Positions 23,148 to 35,279 are shown, counted from the first letter of the whole stretch. The stretch: DNA of 49,432 nt, filler included, from Mitosporidium daphniae (GCF_000760515.2; 2 parts of 2 records of this genome joined end to end with filler, not necessarily neighbours in it), one strand, 5' to 3'. Notes: generated by a model from the letters alone, not told the origin. Made by a program: numbers and translations.

Positions 23148-25187
23148 TCAAAGTCTGGCAAAGAAGATGTAAAGCAAGTTTTTGGGATGCACTTTGGAAA
23201 GGAAGTGTAAAATTATTTTGAAAAACTGGCTGTCGTTGGGGCCGATAATATGTCGCATGTTTGCAAGTATTTCGCTTCTAAACTCCAACAACGAACAGTC
23301 GATGGTCGAAGATACCACGAAATATATCTTTAACCATGCATTTGCTTCATCCAATCTGTCGGTGGCATATAAATAATGGCAGATTTGAAGCATTCTTGAG
23401 GCGTCTCTTAAAGCGCTGATCGATAGGCCATGGCCAGCAATCATTTGATCCTCGTTTTCCATAATCAAATTTTCAAAAAAGCCGATCAAAGAATAAGCAA
23501 TGGTTGATGAACACCGCAATGTTGAGGAAAAAGACTCCAATATCGGCCTAAACGAAACCAAATCAAGTTCGCTAAATTCCAAAGGAAGATAGGGAAATTT
23601 GACATTGTGGAAACGGCTGGGAGAGCAAGAAAACAGCGTTTTCTGCGATGATTTCTTGGTATGCAGCACAATAAAATCTTCAGAAACGTCTGCAAGGCGT
23701 GGGATAGAAATGGGCAAAAAGGTTACGAAAGCGTTATCTGCCGAAAAGATCCCCTGGTCGCCCATGCACGAAAAAAGCTTCATGATGGAGCAGGTTTCTG
23801 GAATCTGGAAAGAGGTCCCTGTTTTTTTAAACTCTAAAACCCCGATTTTCTTATGATGAGACTCTGCATCTTCAACTTGAACGTTTACACGTGTTGCCAT
23901 TGAGGTGGAAAGACAGTGAGAATTTCCAGAAATCGCCGTTGAAAGCATAGATGGCTTTAAAAGCCGCAAAAAAAAATATCTACAATGCACAGGAAGCCTA
24001 TCCCATGTGGATGTTTGGTGGTTAGCAGCGGAAACATTGTCCTCTGTGTCCATTTGAAGGTCAGGATACCCTATGTCAGGGTGAATTAACTCTTCACCGA
24101 TGGGATACGATGCCACATATAACAATGGCAGGGAAATCGGGTAGCTAATACGTTAATTAATGCCACAGCCTTACTTGAAAATATCGAGGTCGGTCTTCTT
24201 CATGAACAGATATCCAAGGCTCCTTGAAAGAGAAGATTGGTACCGAGAATTGTTGAAGAGAGACCTCAGAACGGAAAAATGGAGGATGTAGTCAAAATCT
24301 GGAATTTTGGCATTTAAATTGTGCCATCTTTTCTGATAAGCCAGGATGGAGGCAATATCAATAGAAGACAGGTTGATGCTTTGTAAATACGTGAAAAATT
24401 TAACCAAGCCGGTCGAGGGCCTTCCAATATGGGCTAAAGAGGTAACCGTAATAAGGGTTTCAAACTGAATCATCAAAAGCGTGCAAATCGATTTAAAGTT
24501 GAACGAGGATGTAGAAAATGAAAACGAAGGGTCCAAAATGATTTTTTCATCACTCAGGGTGTAGAACGGATAGTCCAAAAGAGAATATACATATCTAAGA
24601 CAGTAATAAAGGAAATGGAATCTCTGCGGCAGCTCGTTAGATTTAGACTTCAAGAAATACAAAACTTTGGAAAACAAATAAGCCGTCAGACAGGCTATTG
24701 AACAAACCAATGCTTGTCCCAAAAAAAATTGATTGGCAATTGGGAGATGAAACCTTGCCGCAATTTCATTAAAAAATTGATTGCCACTATAGTGAGAAGA
24801 ATAAAGCAGCCTTTTCAGCAGTGCAAACTTGGGGGATTGTCTAAATATATCATCGGATAGTGAAAAGAACGACTCAACATGGTGATAGTTGGGGCTATAA
24901 TCAAAGTCTAGCCCAATGTTCCGTAAAAGCCAGCATACTTCGGAAGGCACATACTCTGCCAAATCATCAAAGCGAAAATTATCTGTTTTCGAATTTACGT
25001 TGTAAAATACCAAATTAAAAAGGATGTCCATTCGAATAGAATACAAGGCCGTGTTTTCCATGATTATGGGAGAGATCAGCTTTTCGATTTGTGAAAATTT
25101 TAACGGCCTGCTAAAGGAACACATGCACAGCGATAGCAAAAGCGGAGACACCACAGTAGGATGGTTCAAGATTATCCCCTTGTTAGT
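23148..25187 (-). CDS. Hypothetical protein, 5' end lost in assembly gap
   Basis: 332-aa and 325-aa ORFs joined by a GTAAGG...TAG intron near 24143-24172; no family recognised. Confidence 0.65.
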
Positions 25188-25287
25188 NNNNNNNNNNNNN
25201 NNNNNNNNNNNNNNNNNNNNNNNNNNNNNNNTTAATTAATTAANNNNNNNNNNNNNNNNNNNNNNNNNNNNNNNNNNNNNNNNNNNN
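25188..25287. other. Assembly gap / contig linker (44 N + TTAATTAATTAA + 44 N)
   Basis: Exactly 100 nt with a six-frame stop linker; artificial. Confidence 0.97.
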
Positions 25288-26763
25288 ACCAATGTGATTG
25301 TTTATCAAATGGAAGCTCCCAAAATTTTGAGGGATTTGCCTGTAGACGGTCAATTCTCGTTTCTTCAAGCCAAGTACAATTTGAAAAACGAGGAGATTTT
25401 TCTGTACCTTGACCAGGCCCATTGTTTTGGCACTAATGTCGATGTCAACAATCCATCTGCAATTTTCGTGGTTACTTTCTCGGCGCTTGTTTGTAGCAAA
25501 TATTTTTATAAAGCGCTTTTAAGAGCCCGAAATCTGTTGAATGGAATTTCGCATACAGCTCCGCTTAGTCCTCCAGAAGATCCACGCCACCAGATTAAGA
25601 TTTTTGTTTCCTCAATCCAGAAAGAGGGCCAAAATATTCTTTCAACGCTAATTGCAAATGGCAACGAAGAATCGCAATCAAAAGACCTCCTTTTTCCCAA
25701 TGTTATGCTGCTTGATAAAAAGACTGCCTTGAAAACAGTTTTTACTTCTGCTCAGTTGAATCAGCTAGAGAGAGATCATAAAGAGCGAGCTCTTTTACCC
25801 TGGCAAGCATTCTTTTCCAGGGCTTTGAAAAGCTTTTGGTTTCCCGTATATTATGCAGAAAACCCAACTCCAAACTGGGACTGGATTCTCAATCTGAAAG
25901 ATCAAAAATCGATTGATAAGCTTAAATGGATCTTTTTTTCTGAGAGTATCGCAAAATTTAAGATTTTAATTTTTTTAAAAAATAGCAACATAGGGAGCAT
26001 ATTTTTCCGCGACTCTGAAATCTCTTCGATTCCATCAGTTAGCAAAGACTTTGCATGGGATATCGAGACTATTGTTCACTATACCCAAAAGAAAGATGAT
26101 ATTCATGAAACCCTTGAAGATCTAAATGCAGAGGCTTCATGGGCGTATAAACCTTTTGGAGTATCCAATGCGGAACTGCCAAATTTAAAGGTTAGATTTA
26201 GAAATGATTTTGCAACAACAGTTGTTGATAGCCTCAATTTAAACGATTCATACACAAAGTACCCGGTGCTTGTTGACATTTTCGAAGGAAAAAAGCTATT
26301 CGCCACAATGAAAGATGTTGCTGAAAAGTTGAGAGATACCGCCCATTTCTTCTTCTCGCCTGCACTGATTAACATCTATGATCTGGACGAATTTGACTTG
26401 GAAGATATGCTGCACTATCTGGCATACTCTGGTGGTGCCGTTGGTTTTATGAATCTTCTAGATAGCTGTACAAAAGTCGATAGAGATTTGATTTTTAGTT
26501 TTATTGCAACTCATGAGCTGATTTTGCAACAATGGGTCTATTTTGCAAGGAAATTTAAAAAAAAATCCTCATTGAGGCTATTGAGGTATATACAAACAAA
26601 GTTTAAAGGTAACACCAAGTACGATTTGACAAACATTGCCATAAAAGCCAAAATTTCTGAGGGAAAGCTATTTGTGCTCAAAAAATGTGCAAAGGACTCG
26701 AAAAAAGAGCTTGATGTGGATAAATTTAGTTTGAATTTACTTCCTGATGGTGTCAAAGCTTGA
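25288..26763 (+). CDS. C-terminal part of an intronless DUF3638-associated helicase-like protein (degenerate); 5' end in gap
   Basis: YLDQAHCFGTNVD...AIFVVTF...YKALLRARNL resembles the recalled YLDEAHTRGTDL...AAVTL...QACMRMRKL motif of fungal DUF3638/DUF3645 proteins; 489 codons with no intron. Confidence 0.55.
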   Translation, partial: TNVIVYQMEAPKILRDLPVDGQFSFLQAKYNLKNEEIFLYLDQAHCFGTNVDVNNPSAIFVVTFSALVCSKYFYKALLRARNLLNGISHTAPLSPPEDPRHQIKIFVSSIQKEGQNILSTLIANGNEESQSKDLLFPNVMLLDKKTALKTVFTSAQLNQLERDHKERALLPWQAFFSRALKSFWFPVYYAENPTPNWDWILNLKDQKSIDKLKWIFFSESIAKFKILIFLKNSNIGSIFFRDSEISSIPSVSKDFAWDIETIVHYTQKKDDIHETLEDLNAEASWAYKPFGVSNAELPNLKVRFRNDFATTVVDSLNLNDSYTKYPVLVDIFEGKKLFATMKDVAEKLRDTAHFFFSPALINIYDLDEFDLEDMLHYLAYSGGAVGFMNLLDSCTKVDRDLIFSFIATHELILQQWVYFARKFKKKSSLRLLRYIQTKFKGNTKYDLTNIAIKAKISEGKLFVLKKCAKDSKKELDVDKFSLNLLPDGVKA

Positions 26764-26832
26764 AAGGGCGTCAAAGGTTAGGATGATCAAATGGTCTGAG
26801 ATGGTGAAAAATGGGAACTTTTAATAAATTTT

Positions 26833-27015
26833 TTATTTGACACGCTCTTTGCGTACATTGACTCTAAAATTAATTCCAATGAACACTATATTTTTAAAAG
26901 TAAAATCGGCATTTGACCAATACTTGTAAAGCATGTAGACTGAGAAGGCCACAATTTTAAACACAAAATTTAATCCAAAATCAGAGAACGAGCGAATATT
27001 TTTATTGATCCGCAT
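26833..27015 (-). CDS. Possible 60-aa small protein
   Basis: ATG preceded by AAATTT (GCGAAATTTATG); one hydrophobic stretch; no family recognised. Confidence 0.25.
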   Translation of the reverse strand: MRINKNIRSFSDFGLNFVFKIVAFSVYMLYKYWSNADFTFKNIVFIGINFRVNVRKERVK

Positions 27016-27082
27016 AAATTTCGCCAAGATAATAATATCTTAATAGAAGCCATGCTCCAATTCTTCAAAATCTGGTAGAAGA

Positions 27083-27121
27083 ATGCATCAGCTCAAGTAT
27101 GCATCAGCTCAAGTATGCATC
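27083..27121. repeat. Tandem repeat ATGCATCAGCTCAAGT x2.4
   Basis: 16-bp unit read directly. Confidence 0.9.
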
Positions 27122-27425
27122 CAGCTTGTCCAACTTTGATCTTTCCAAAACATTTTTCTAAAGTTGCTAGCGTATATTCAGCTTCCCGTGGGGTTGCTAA
27201 CAATGTACTTTAAGGTCCAAATTTAAAAGTAAATTCATTCTCCCCCATAAATCCATGACCTTTAGGTGGCACTATTATAACTAATAAATAGCCGGATGTG
27301 CTGTTCTTACTAGTAGGTGCCAATATTTACAAGCGATTGTAGGGTTAGGGCAAGTCTATAATAAACTTCAGCCCGAATATTAATGTGGTGCTGCCACATA
27401 AAAAGTTTAAATTCAACTAAATTTT

Positions 27426-27632
27426 ATGCTTCCCCGCATCAATGAACGTAGTGGTTCCTTCAAATACCGCCCAGGATCGATTAAAGAAGCGACGCAAGCG
27501 TTAGGATTTGGTACTCTTTTGGCAGTTTCTGGGGTTGTATCTATTACGTATTGCACGTGTACGCTATTTAATATCTCCTCCTTTCTGGACTTTAGAATGA
27601 AGATGGAATCCCTAATGGGTAAAAGAAATTAA
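27426..27632 (+). CDS. TMEM242/Aim11-like small mitochondrial membrane protein
   Basis: QALGFGTLLAVSGVVSI...NISSFLDFRMKMESL matches the recalled TMEM242 C-terminal pattern RALGWGSLYA..GVGVI...GVHSM.DFRSKMQSI; AAATTTT directly before ATG. Confidence 0.7.
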   Translation: MLPRINERSGSFKYRPGSIKEATQALGFGTLLAVSGVVSITYCTCTLFNISSFLDFRMKMESLMGKRN

Positions 27633-27710
27633 ATTTAAAGTATACATAAAAGTTAAAAATTAAACCCCATGCATTTTGCTTTGCATTCTACATTTAATTT
27701 TTCAAAATAA

Positions 27711-28712
27711 ATGAGTTTCGGTGGACGTGGTGGCGGTAGCTTTTCACGCGGCTCCAGAGGCGGTAGCAGCCGTGGAGGCGGAAGTTTTGGTGATCATGGT
27801 GGAAGAGGTGGGTTCGGTTCCGGCGGTCGTGGTGGCGGAAGCTTTGGCGACCGTGGTGGACGAGGTGGTTCCAGAGGAGGCAGTGGTGGATTTCGCGGAT
27901 CATCCAGAGGTGCCCCCGATAGGCGCGGAGGCGCTAGAGGGGGTCGTGGAGGTAGCCGCGGAGGACGCCCTGGACTTGGCGCTGGATCTGGAAAAGTTAT
28001 CATCGAGCCTCATCGTCACTCTGGCGTCTATGTTGCGCGAGGAAAGGAAGATCTTTTAGTGACGAAAAATTTTGCCCCGGGTGAGTCTGTTTATAACGAG
28101 AAGAGGATAAGCGTTGAATCTCCTACAAATCCTGGCGAAAAAATTGAATATCGCGTGTGGAATCCGTTCCGATCAAAGCTTGCTGCAGGAATCCTTGGTG
28201 GAATTGAAAACATCCACATTTCGCCGGGCTCCAAAGTGCTCTACTTGGGTGCAGCCTCTGGAACCTCTGTCTCTCATGTGTCTGATATTGTTGGACCCAC
28301 TGGTCTGGTTTATGCAGTCGAGTTTTCGCACCGATCTGGACGCGATCTGATAAATATGGCCAAAAGGCGTATAAATGTCATTCCTATCGTTGAGGATGCT
28401 CGCCACCCGCACAAATACAGAATGCTTGTGGGGATGGTCGATACTATTTTTGCAGACGTTGCGCAGCCAGATCAGGCCCGTATTATTGCCCTGAATGCTC
28501 ATCACTTTCTGAAGAACGGTGGTCATATTGTTATCTCGATAAAGGCAAACTGCATCGATTCGACTGTTGACGCTAGCGTTGTATTTGCCAGAGAAATCAA
28601 AAAACTCCAGGAGGAGCGGATCAAGCCTCGGGAGCAACTCACCCTTGAGCCTTATGAACGAGACCATGCATTAGTTGTGGGAGAGTATCGTGCTCAAGCC
28701 AAACAGTCTTAA
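27711..28712 (+). CDS. NOP1: Fibrillarin, rRNA 2'-O-methyltransferase
   Basis: GAR domain, then [46 protein letters not shown]; intronless. Confidence 0.98.
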   Translation: MSFGGRGGGSFSRGSRGGSSRGGGSFGDHGGRGGFGSGGRGGGSFGDRGGRGGSRGGSGGFRGSSRGAPDRRGGARGGRGGSRGGRPGLGAGSGKVIIEPHRHSGVYVARGKEDLLVTKNFAPGESVYNEKRISVESPTNPGEKIEYRVWNPFRSKLAAGILGGIENIHISPGSKVLYLGAASGTSVSHVSDIVGPTGLVYAVEFSHRSGRDLINMAKRRINVIPIVEDARHPHKYRMLVGMVDTIFADVAQPDQARIIALNAHHFLKNGGHIVISIKANCIDSTVDASVVFAREIKKLQEERIKPREQLTLEPYERDHALVVGEYRAQAKQS

Positions 28713-28749
28713 TTAAGAAAATAAAGAATATTTGACAATTAATTTTTTA

Positions 28750-31700
28750 ATGAAGCCGTCTCCTCAATGGCACATTGGCCAGATTGGCGATGCACAGGTG
28801 TTGCGGCTATTCTCTTTGTTCTCGGAGAGAAATGGGGATTTTCTGGCTGGGTATATCCTTCAAGTGAAGGTAATTTCCGGCCATAATATTAAAGGAAACA
28901 TCTCTACACGTCTTGCAATACGTCTTTTCGGATGGAATATTCTGTCCACAGAGGGTGCAAGGTACCTATCAACTTGCATCGCCAGTTGTTGGCGTTGTTC
29001 CCTGTTTAGCCGCCAATAGTGGTACGGTTGATGAGCTTTTTTGTTCGATCGCAATAATCCAAGCGAATGGCGTTTTCACAGCCATCAATGTTTCCGTTGC
29101 CAGTTGCGTTGCCTCTTTTGCTGTGTTGAGCAGGTTTTCAATCCCATCGACGTTTTGGGTTGGTGGCTCTGTTCACGTTTGCGCGTGTGAAAATATGATT
29201 GCCACCATCCCTACAATTGGCATTTGTTCGTTGTTTGAGACAAGTGACTGCTTGCAATTCGGCCTTCTTGTATGCAATGTTGCTTTTTTAATTGTAGAGA
29301 AACTATAGAACGGAAGGAATTGTGTGGAACTGCATCTTCATCTCAAAGAGCATGCTTGCTGTTATTTGCGACAGAAAAAACTTGCATGGAGAATATGTGT
29401 TTTGGATCTCTCTTGTAGATATCTACTTGGGGCACGTGATGGACCATGCTCTTGCTTTGAAATCTTCCACAGACTATCCAACTTTGTTGCAAAAGAGTGT
29501 CACAGAAGAGGTACCTTTAGCCCGTCGTTGACCCTAATTCTGCTAGAATGAATTCTTTCTGGTGACAAAGGAGTCAATTTTCCACCTGCTTGTTGAAAGT
29601 AATTCAGACGCCAAATATGAGCTTAAGATGCTGAATACAATGCCTCTTTCGTATCCCAATGCGCATCCAAAGCTGATGCTGCAGTATTTGGATTCTATTT
29701 TCATTTTAAACGATTCTGGGGATCTCTTTCTATACGAGGCAGGTTATAGTAGGCCTCAGCAACTTGATATTCCCCGTGTCTCTTCATCTACATTTCTGGT
29801 GGTAGACACGCTGATCTTTCTTGATGGGGCTGAGTTCATTGTCCTAAATGTATAATATGTCTCGGTAACCATCTAGGGTACGGATTTATCGGTCGTGCAT
29901 AGGGTCTCCAGAAGTCCCATCATAACTAGCCTAATTCCATTCGATTCTTGTTTGTTTATTGGAGCCTGTGAAGAAGGTGTTAAGCTGATTTCAAATTCTC
30001 CGCTCATACTGGTGCCTTCGAACAGTGTTGTTAGTATGGGAGCCTCTCCCTTCTATGGCCTCCATAAGATACCGTTGTTTAATGGAATTGTTCCTGTCTT
30101 TTATGTTAAAGATTCGTGTTACAGGTCAGTGGTGATTTCTGTTAATGGTCTGACAGCTTCCATTCGTACCATTATTGAGTCTGCCTCTGCTCCAGTGGCT
30201 TTTGGAATAAACACTTGCAATGATGAGTTCTTTTCCTTTGATGTGACATTGTTTCCAAATGAGCCTGTGTTCATGCTTCCTGGACCAGGCGCAATGCTGT
30301 TTGTCAACGACATTGGTGGTCTTCTGTACATATTTCAACATAACCAAGTGCCAGCTTTATCTTCTCAGCTTCAAAGTAATCGGCTCCAAAATCCACAGGC
30401 CGGATTTGTCATTACCGATGGCAGGTGGATCCATTCTTCGCTTATTGTGATTTGTGGCCACTCTGAACTATACCCATTTGTGATGTTTTTTCGTGTGCAT
30501 AGTGCGGCAGATGGGCATATCACTTTGGCAATTGAAAACACGCTACTTTTACATGCCGTTTTTGCAAATGAAATGGAATTTCCAATCATTCCAGAAAATA
30601 TCGTATTTGATCGGTACAGCGACAACATGCAATCCATTAATATGCTGGTTGGCTTCCGATCTCCTGGGGGCTATCTTTTGCAGCTTTCATACTCTCCAAA
30701 TACCTTGAGCTGGAGTTTTAACTCGGGCCCATTTATGGTCGGCCATGCGAATCTCCCAGTTGAAATTTCGATGGGCGATAGCCTTTCAGATATATTTTGT
30801 ATCTGCTATGGCGAAAGCATGTGGATCTTGCCAATTTCATCTGTTTCAAACGGTAACGTATTAAGGGAGTCTTTGGAAAAGCCCCCGAATAAGGTTTGCC
30901 GTCATATCGGCTCATTTCTTTAGTTGGCATCCAACTTGCACTCCATTGCGATTGTTGAGAATACTTTGGTTTTAGGCGTTTTTGAAAATGACGAGTATAA
31001 ATTGTTGCTAGCATCAATCGCCAATCCCGTCAACGACCGTGATGCATGGCGACCTCTCTCTAGAAAAGTCAATCGAACTGCTATGGTTCCTTTTACGGCT
31101 ACCAATGTAATGGCGACATCACATCATATCATGTGGTACAACTGGTATCGGTATGCTTTCCCGTATGTTGATGCGTAGAAAGTCTTTTGAGAAAAAGATC
31201 CAATTGCCCGGTGATGGCAGAGTGGTGACTGCTCTGCTTGCTGTCTCATATGAGATTCTTTTTGTCGGATTTTCTGTCTTAAACAAACGAGGGGCCGTGT
31301 GCATTTATGAGAACGGCGCGTGTGTCAGTACTTTAGATTTTGATTCCCAAATCATATCGATCACTGCCATTCCAGAAACCCCGCTACATTTCCTGCTACT
31401 CGAGGTGAACCAAGTAACGCTGGCAAGGTTTTTAAAACAAGAGGACGCATTTACATTTTCTTTCCTTTCTATCTTCAAAAGCACCCATTCATTGGTTTCG
31501 TTGGACATTTTAAAAGGCTTCCCCAAACTAATGCACGTGGCGGTTGCAACACGTGCAAATGGAATCCTAATTCTCGCACTCGACTCGCAGACTTGGCAGT
31601 TTTCGGCTTCCAAGTACCGATTTTCCTTTGATGCCAATTTTAGGGAAATTTCAGATATTGGGCCCACGTTGCTTGTCAAATTTATCAACGATCACACGAT

Positions 31701-31947
31701 CCTGCCCATCGAGTCCTTTAGCTCGAAAATTGCCCTCAGATCAACATCAGACAAATGTGCTGATGATGTAGACCTTTATTTTCCAGAACTGATCGCAAGC
31801 ATCGGGTTGCAGCGTCCGGCCAATGGCTTCCGCTCGAATTCCTTTCTGGTTTCAACTTGGACTGGTTCAATGTACGAAGTCCAATGTGTTAATCTCAATA
31901 TTTCCACTGCCAACCTTGGCCTTGCTCCAGGCATGGTGCCCCGTTGA
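28750..31947 (+). CDS. Large beta-rich protein, possibly divergent DDB1/CPSF160/Mms1-type beta-propeller
   Basis: Six or more plus-strand ORFs linked by short introns (~1000 aa); beta-strand-rich; C-terminal FLVSTWTGSMYEV resembles the end of the CPSF_A region. Confidence 0.5.
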
Positions 31948-32067
31948 GTGCTTTTTGGCTCGTCTATTTATTTGATGCAACAACACTTGCGCTTTATCCT
32001 TCGATGCGGCCCGATCCAAATTATTATTGCCAAGCTCACGATTTATTCAGATTATTACTTGCATTGC

Positions 32068-32777
32068 TCAATACTCGTCTTCGTCATATGGGTCAAGGTC
32101 ATGATCAAATGATGTCTTTACGGAGGTATATTTAAGGACTAAATAAACTCAAACAAACTTACGTGGCTTTTGTCCCTTCTTGTTAAGGGTGGCCGTAGAG
32201 GATTGGACCGGCGCCTTGGATGCGGCAATCCTTTGGTTCAACAGCGTCTGCATTTCACTGGTTACCTTTCGAAGCTGGTTAAGCTCAAGTCCTGCAGAAA
32301 GACTACGAATGCATCCTTCAAGGAACAGCTCGTACATCGAACTTTCCTTGAAGCTTCGAATTTTTTCGACAATTGCATTTTGGAATTCAGAGAACTCGTC
32401 TCTGGTTTTCGGGCGCGCCTCATCAATCGAATACGACAAGGAATGGCGAGAGGGGGCCAGCTTTGACCCTTGCTGTGGGGCCAGGTTCTCCCGCGGAAGG
32501 TTCAAAAGATCATTGGCACATTCAAGGCTGTGAGACTTTTCAATCTCCAGCGCCTCCATGCGCGAAAGTGTTTCCTGGCCATTTAGAAAGCAGCGATTTT
32601 ACCTTTGACAAGGGGTGGCTTATTGTACATTGGGAAGACACATGCTCGTCAAGCATTTCTTCCCAATCCTCGGTCAAGTTTGAGGGCTCCAGTTGCTGAA
32701 ATTCAGACTGGCCTATGGGCAAAAGGAGGGAAAGAAATGCAATTGTTACCCTCAATGCTCCACGGATTTTGATTCAT
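32068..32777 (-). CDS. HCR1: Translation initiation factor eIF3 subunit J
   Basis: Acidic EDWEE, SLECANDLL, PKTRDEFSEF...MYELFLEGCIRSL...LRKVTSEMQTLLNQR, acidic tail DLDPYDEDEY*; three introns. Confidence 0.8.
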
Positions 32778-32848
32778 GCACAAAAAAGTTTATTTTTTGT
32801 AAATTTGAGTCTCCAATTGTGCTTCAAATTTACATCAATTTAATTGCA

Positions 32849-35279
32849 ATGGAGTCTTCATTTAATCATCCTGCTCATCAGGGCTTGTCTTCTATGCATT
32901 CTCCATTTTCGCCATATTCGTCCGCATATAAGCCATCGTCGACAGTAATGCGTTTGTTTTTATCTCCTACCTTAGCAATCGTTCAAGGAATTTATTAATT
33001 CGGCATTTGGGAAGAAAGGGAACTCGCCTCCTGTATCATTGCCGCTATCAGTACTCCCGGGCCTGCTACGTTCTTTGCAAGATAAATTTTCTTCCTTTTA
33101 CATAAAGAATGAAGACATTTCTCAAATACAGAATATTTCGCTCTCATTTCCGACCATGGAAATAACTTTAGAAGAGTTTTATTCGCTTCTTAGGAATGTT
33201 GATAATTGGATATCTAAACGATACTCAAACAGCTCTTCAAAGGACAAATCCGTTCTCCATAATATTTGCTCGTCTCCACATAGGACGCAACACCCATTTT
33301 CACTTGGAATCGTCACGCCGACGAGCTCGTTGCCTACCGTTCCTACTGCAGATACCGACGACGAATTGTCATTTAAAACGCCAAAATTTGACAAAAAAGA
33401 CCTGTCCACATTGCTTGGCGATTCTTCAAAGTTCTCAAAAGTAGGTTTTGGGCGGAAATTGATTTTAGAATTCTATCCACAAAGAGCTTCNAGACAATCT
33501 TCGAAACAACAAGGATGCGCTTTTGGATAAGCTGATTCAAAAGGCTGCACATGAAAAGCTATCTCTGCTCCAAAGAATTGACCGCTTGGAAGAGAAATAT
33601 ACGGAAAATATAAAAGGCCAAGAGAGCATCATTCTGGATTTGAAGAAATCAAATGATCTGATCATGGACGAGCTCAAGACCTCCAAAGCCCTCTATGACA
33701 ACCAATTGTCATTGAGCAAAAGGGTACCACGAATTTATCCAACTTCCCTAGCTTGAGGAGACGCTTCATACTTTAAAGTATCACCCGTCAATGGAATCCA
33801 ATGGTGTGCCATCGACAAAGCCCGATTCAAGTAAAATTAATTCGCCATCAATTTAGCTTTTTTAAAAGAGGAAGCCGAGCCAGGCCAATCAGAGCAAAGC
33901 AATTTACAGGTAGGTTAAGTTTCTCGTTGATTTAGAATGTGGAAATCGATATTTTCCCTCGAAACGCTCAAGAAGCACATACAGCGACCACAAATATGCA
34001 AACAAAGACCAAAAACGCTCCAGATTGCAAAGAAAACGAGCCAAGCCTTAACATGCTTTCTGATTCTGAACCGATCCTTTCAGACACTCCGAAGAGGATG
34101 GCCAGGACTGAGGACGATATGCTGCCTTTTGTTAAGCCTATTCTTGATTTCCATCAATATTCACCAAATGGAATGCAGGAAGGGTATGAATCGGATAACT
34201 CTTCCATTCTTGAAGGCGAAGGTGAGAAAATTGTTGTAATGGAAACGCTCTATATGACATCTCCAATTCGGATGAGCGACTTGGATGCTTGTCAGGATCT
34301 CCCCAAAACCAGTGCTTTGGATGCATCTCATATAGACGAGTCGCCTTTCATTCAAAAAAATGGCGAGCCAGCGACTTTGGATTTCCAAAAAACTGCGAAA
34401 GAAGATGCTATTTTTTCTCCGGAAGCCGAATTGACAAAACAAAGCGATCACTTGCTATCTTCCGACTCTTCGTATCCAGAGTCTAGCTCGATATCGTGCC
34501 CGGAAGATTCTCTGGATGAGTGCAAAATACTATCCCCGCCCTTTGTATGCACCGAGACTCCACCTACTATCGTCGATGAACACGAGAATGCAGCGGCAGG
34601 TCAAAGGGAAGCTTCAATTGAAAAAGAAGCTTCAATTCAAAACGAAGATACCGATCTTTCCAAAATATTTGATGGAAATACAGACGCCGGGATTTTAAAT
34701 GCAGATGATTACAAATCCTTTTTTGCAAAGCTAGCAGAATGGGAAGAAAAGCACAGGGAAACAAACGAGGAAATCCTCTCCTCTGTAAGAAATAAGAGAT
34801 TTTCTCCAAGAACCTCAAAACTGTATTCCGTTGATTCTATAATGACACCGGTGGCACCCAAGCAAGAAATATTGACAGAAACTACACCCATCGAAAAAGA
34901 TACTACTAGCCTTTTTGTCGCCAATGGCGAGCAATTAGTGCTGTTCTCGTCATTGGCGACAAAGGGTCCAGACGCCATCATGCCTATTTCCGAGCAAGAG
35001 CAGAGCTATGTTGAAAAATTGTACTCTGTAGGAGCCCGTATAAAGTCACTATCTCTATCCGCTCCAGAACGAAAATTCATGATGCACGAGCTTGTCAGTA
35101 ATGAATCGGAAGCTTTGGCTGCCAATGACGGCCGAAAACAAGATGACACCTCGTCAACCCTGACATTTTTGCGTATTTTTCTTGTCTGGCTGGTAACCCT
35201 GATATTTTGTACAATTGTTATCGAAAATTATAGAGAATATTATTTACAAATGAGTGTTTATTCCTACCCGCCCGCCTGA
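32849..35279 (+). CDS. Tail-anchored coiled-coil protein, KASH-like (Kms1/KASH5 architecture), ~763 aa
   Basis: Introns 32945-32975, 33441-33468, 33724-33751, 33831-33856 and 33910-33935 give one open frame; EF-hand-like ITLEEFYSLL, coiled coil, acidic disordered region, TM IFLVWLVTLIFCTIVI, tail ...VYSYPPA*. Confidence 0.65.

Noticed and set aside
25232..25243. Palindromic TTAATTAATTAA inside the N run
   Set aside because: Artificial six-frame stop linker; adjacency of the two sides is not guaranteed.
27794..28003. Pro-rich antisense ORF and other overlapping ORFs (e.g. 28173-28667, 39156-39572, 40935-41690)
   Set aside because: Shadows of real genes on the other strand or frame, with no independent motifs.
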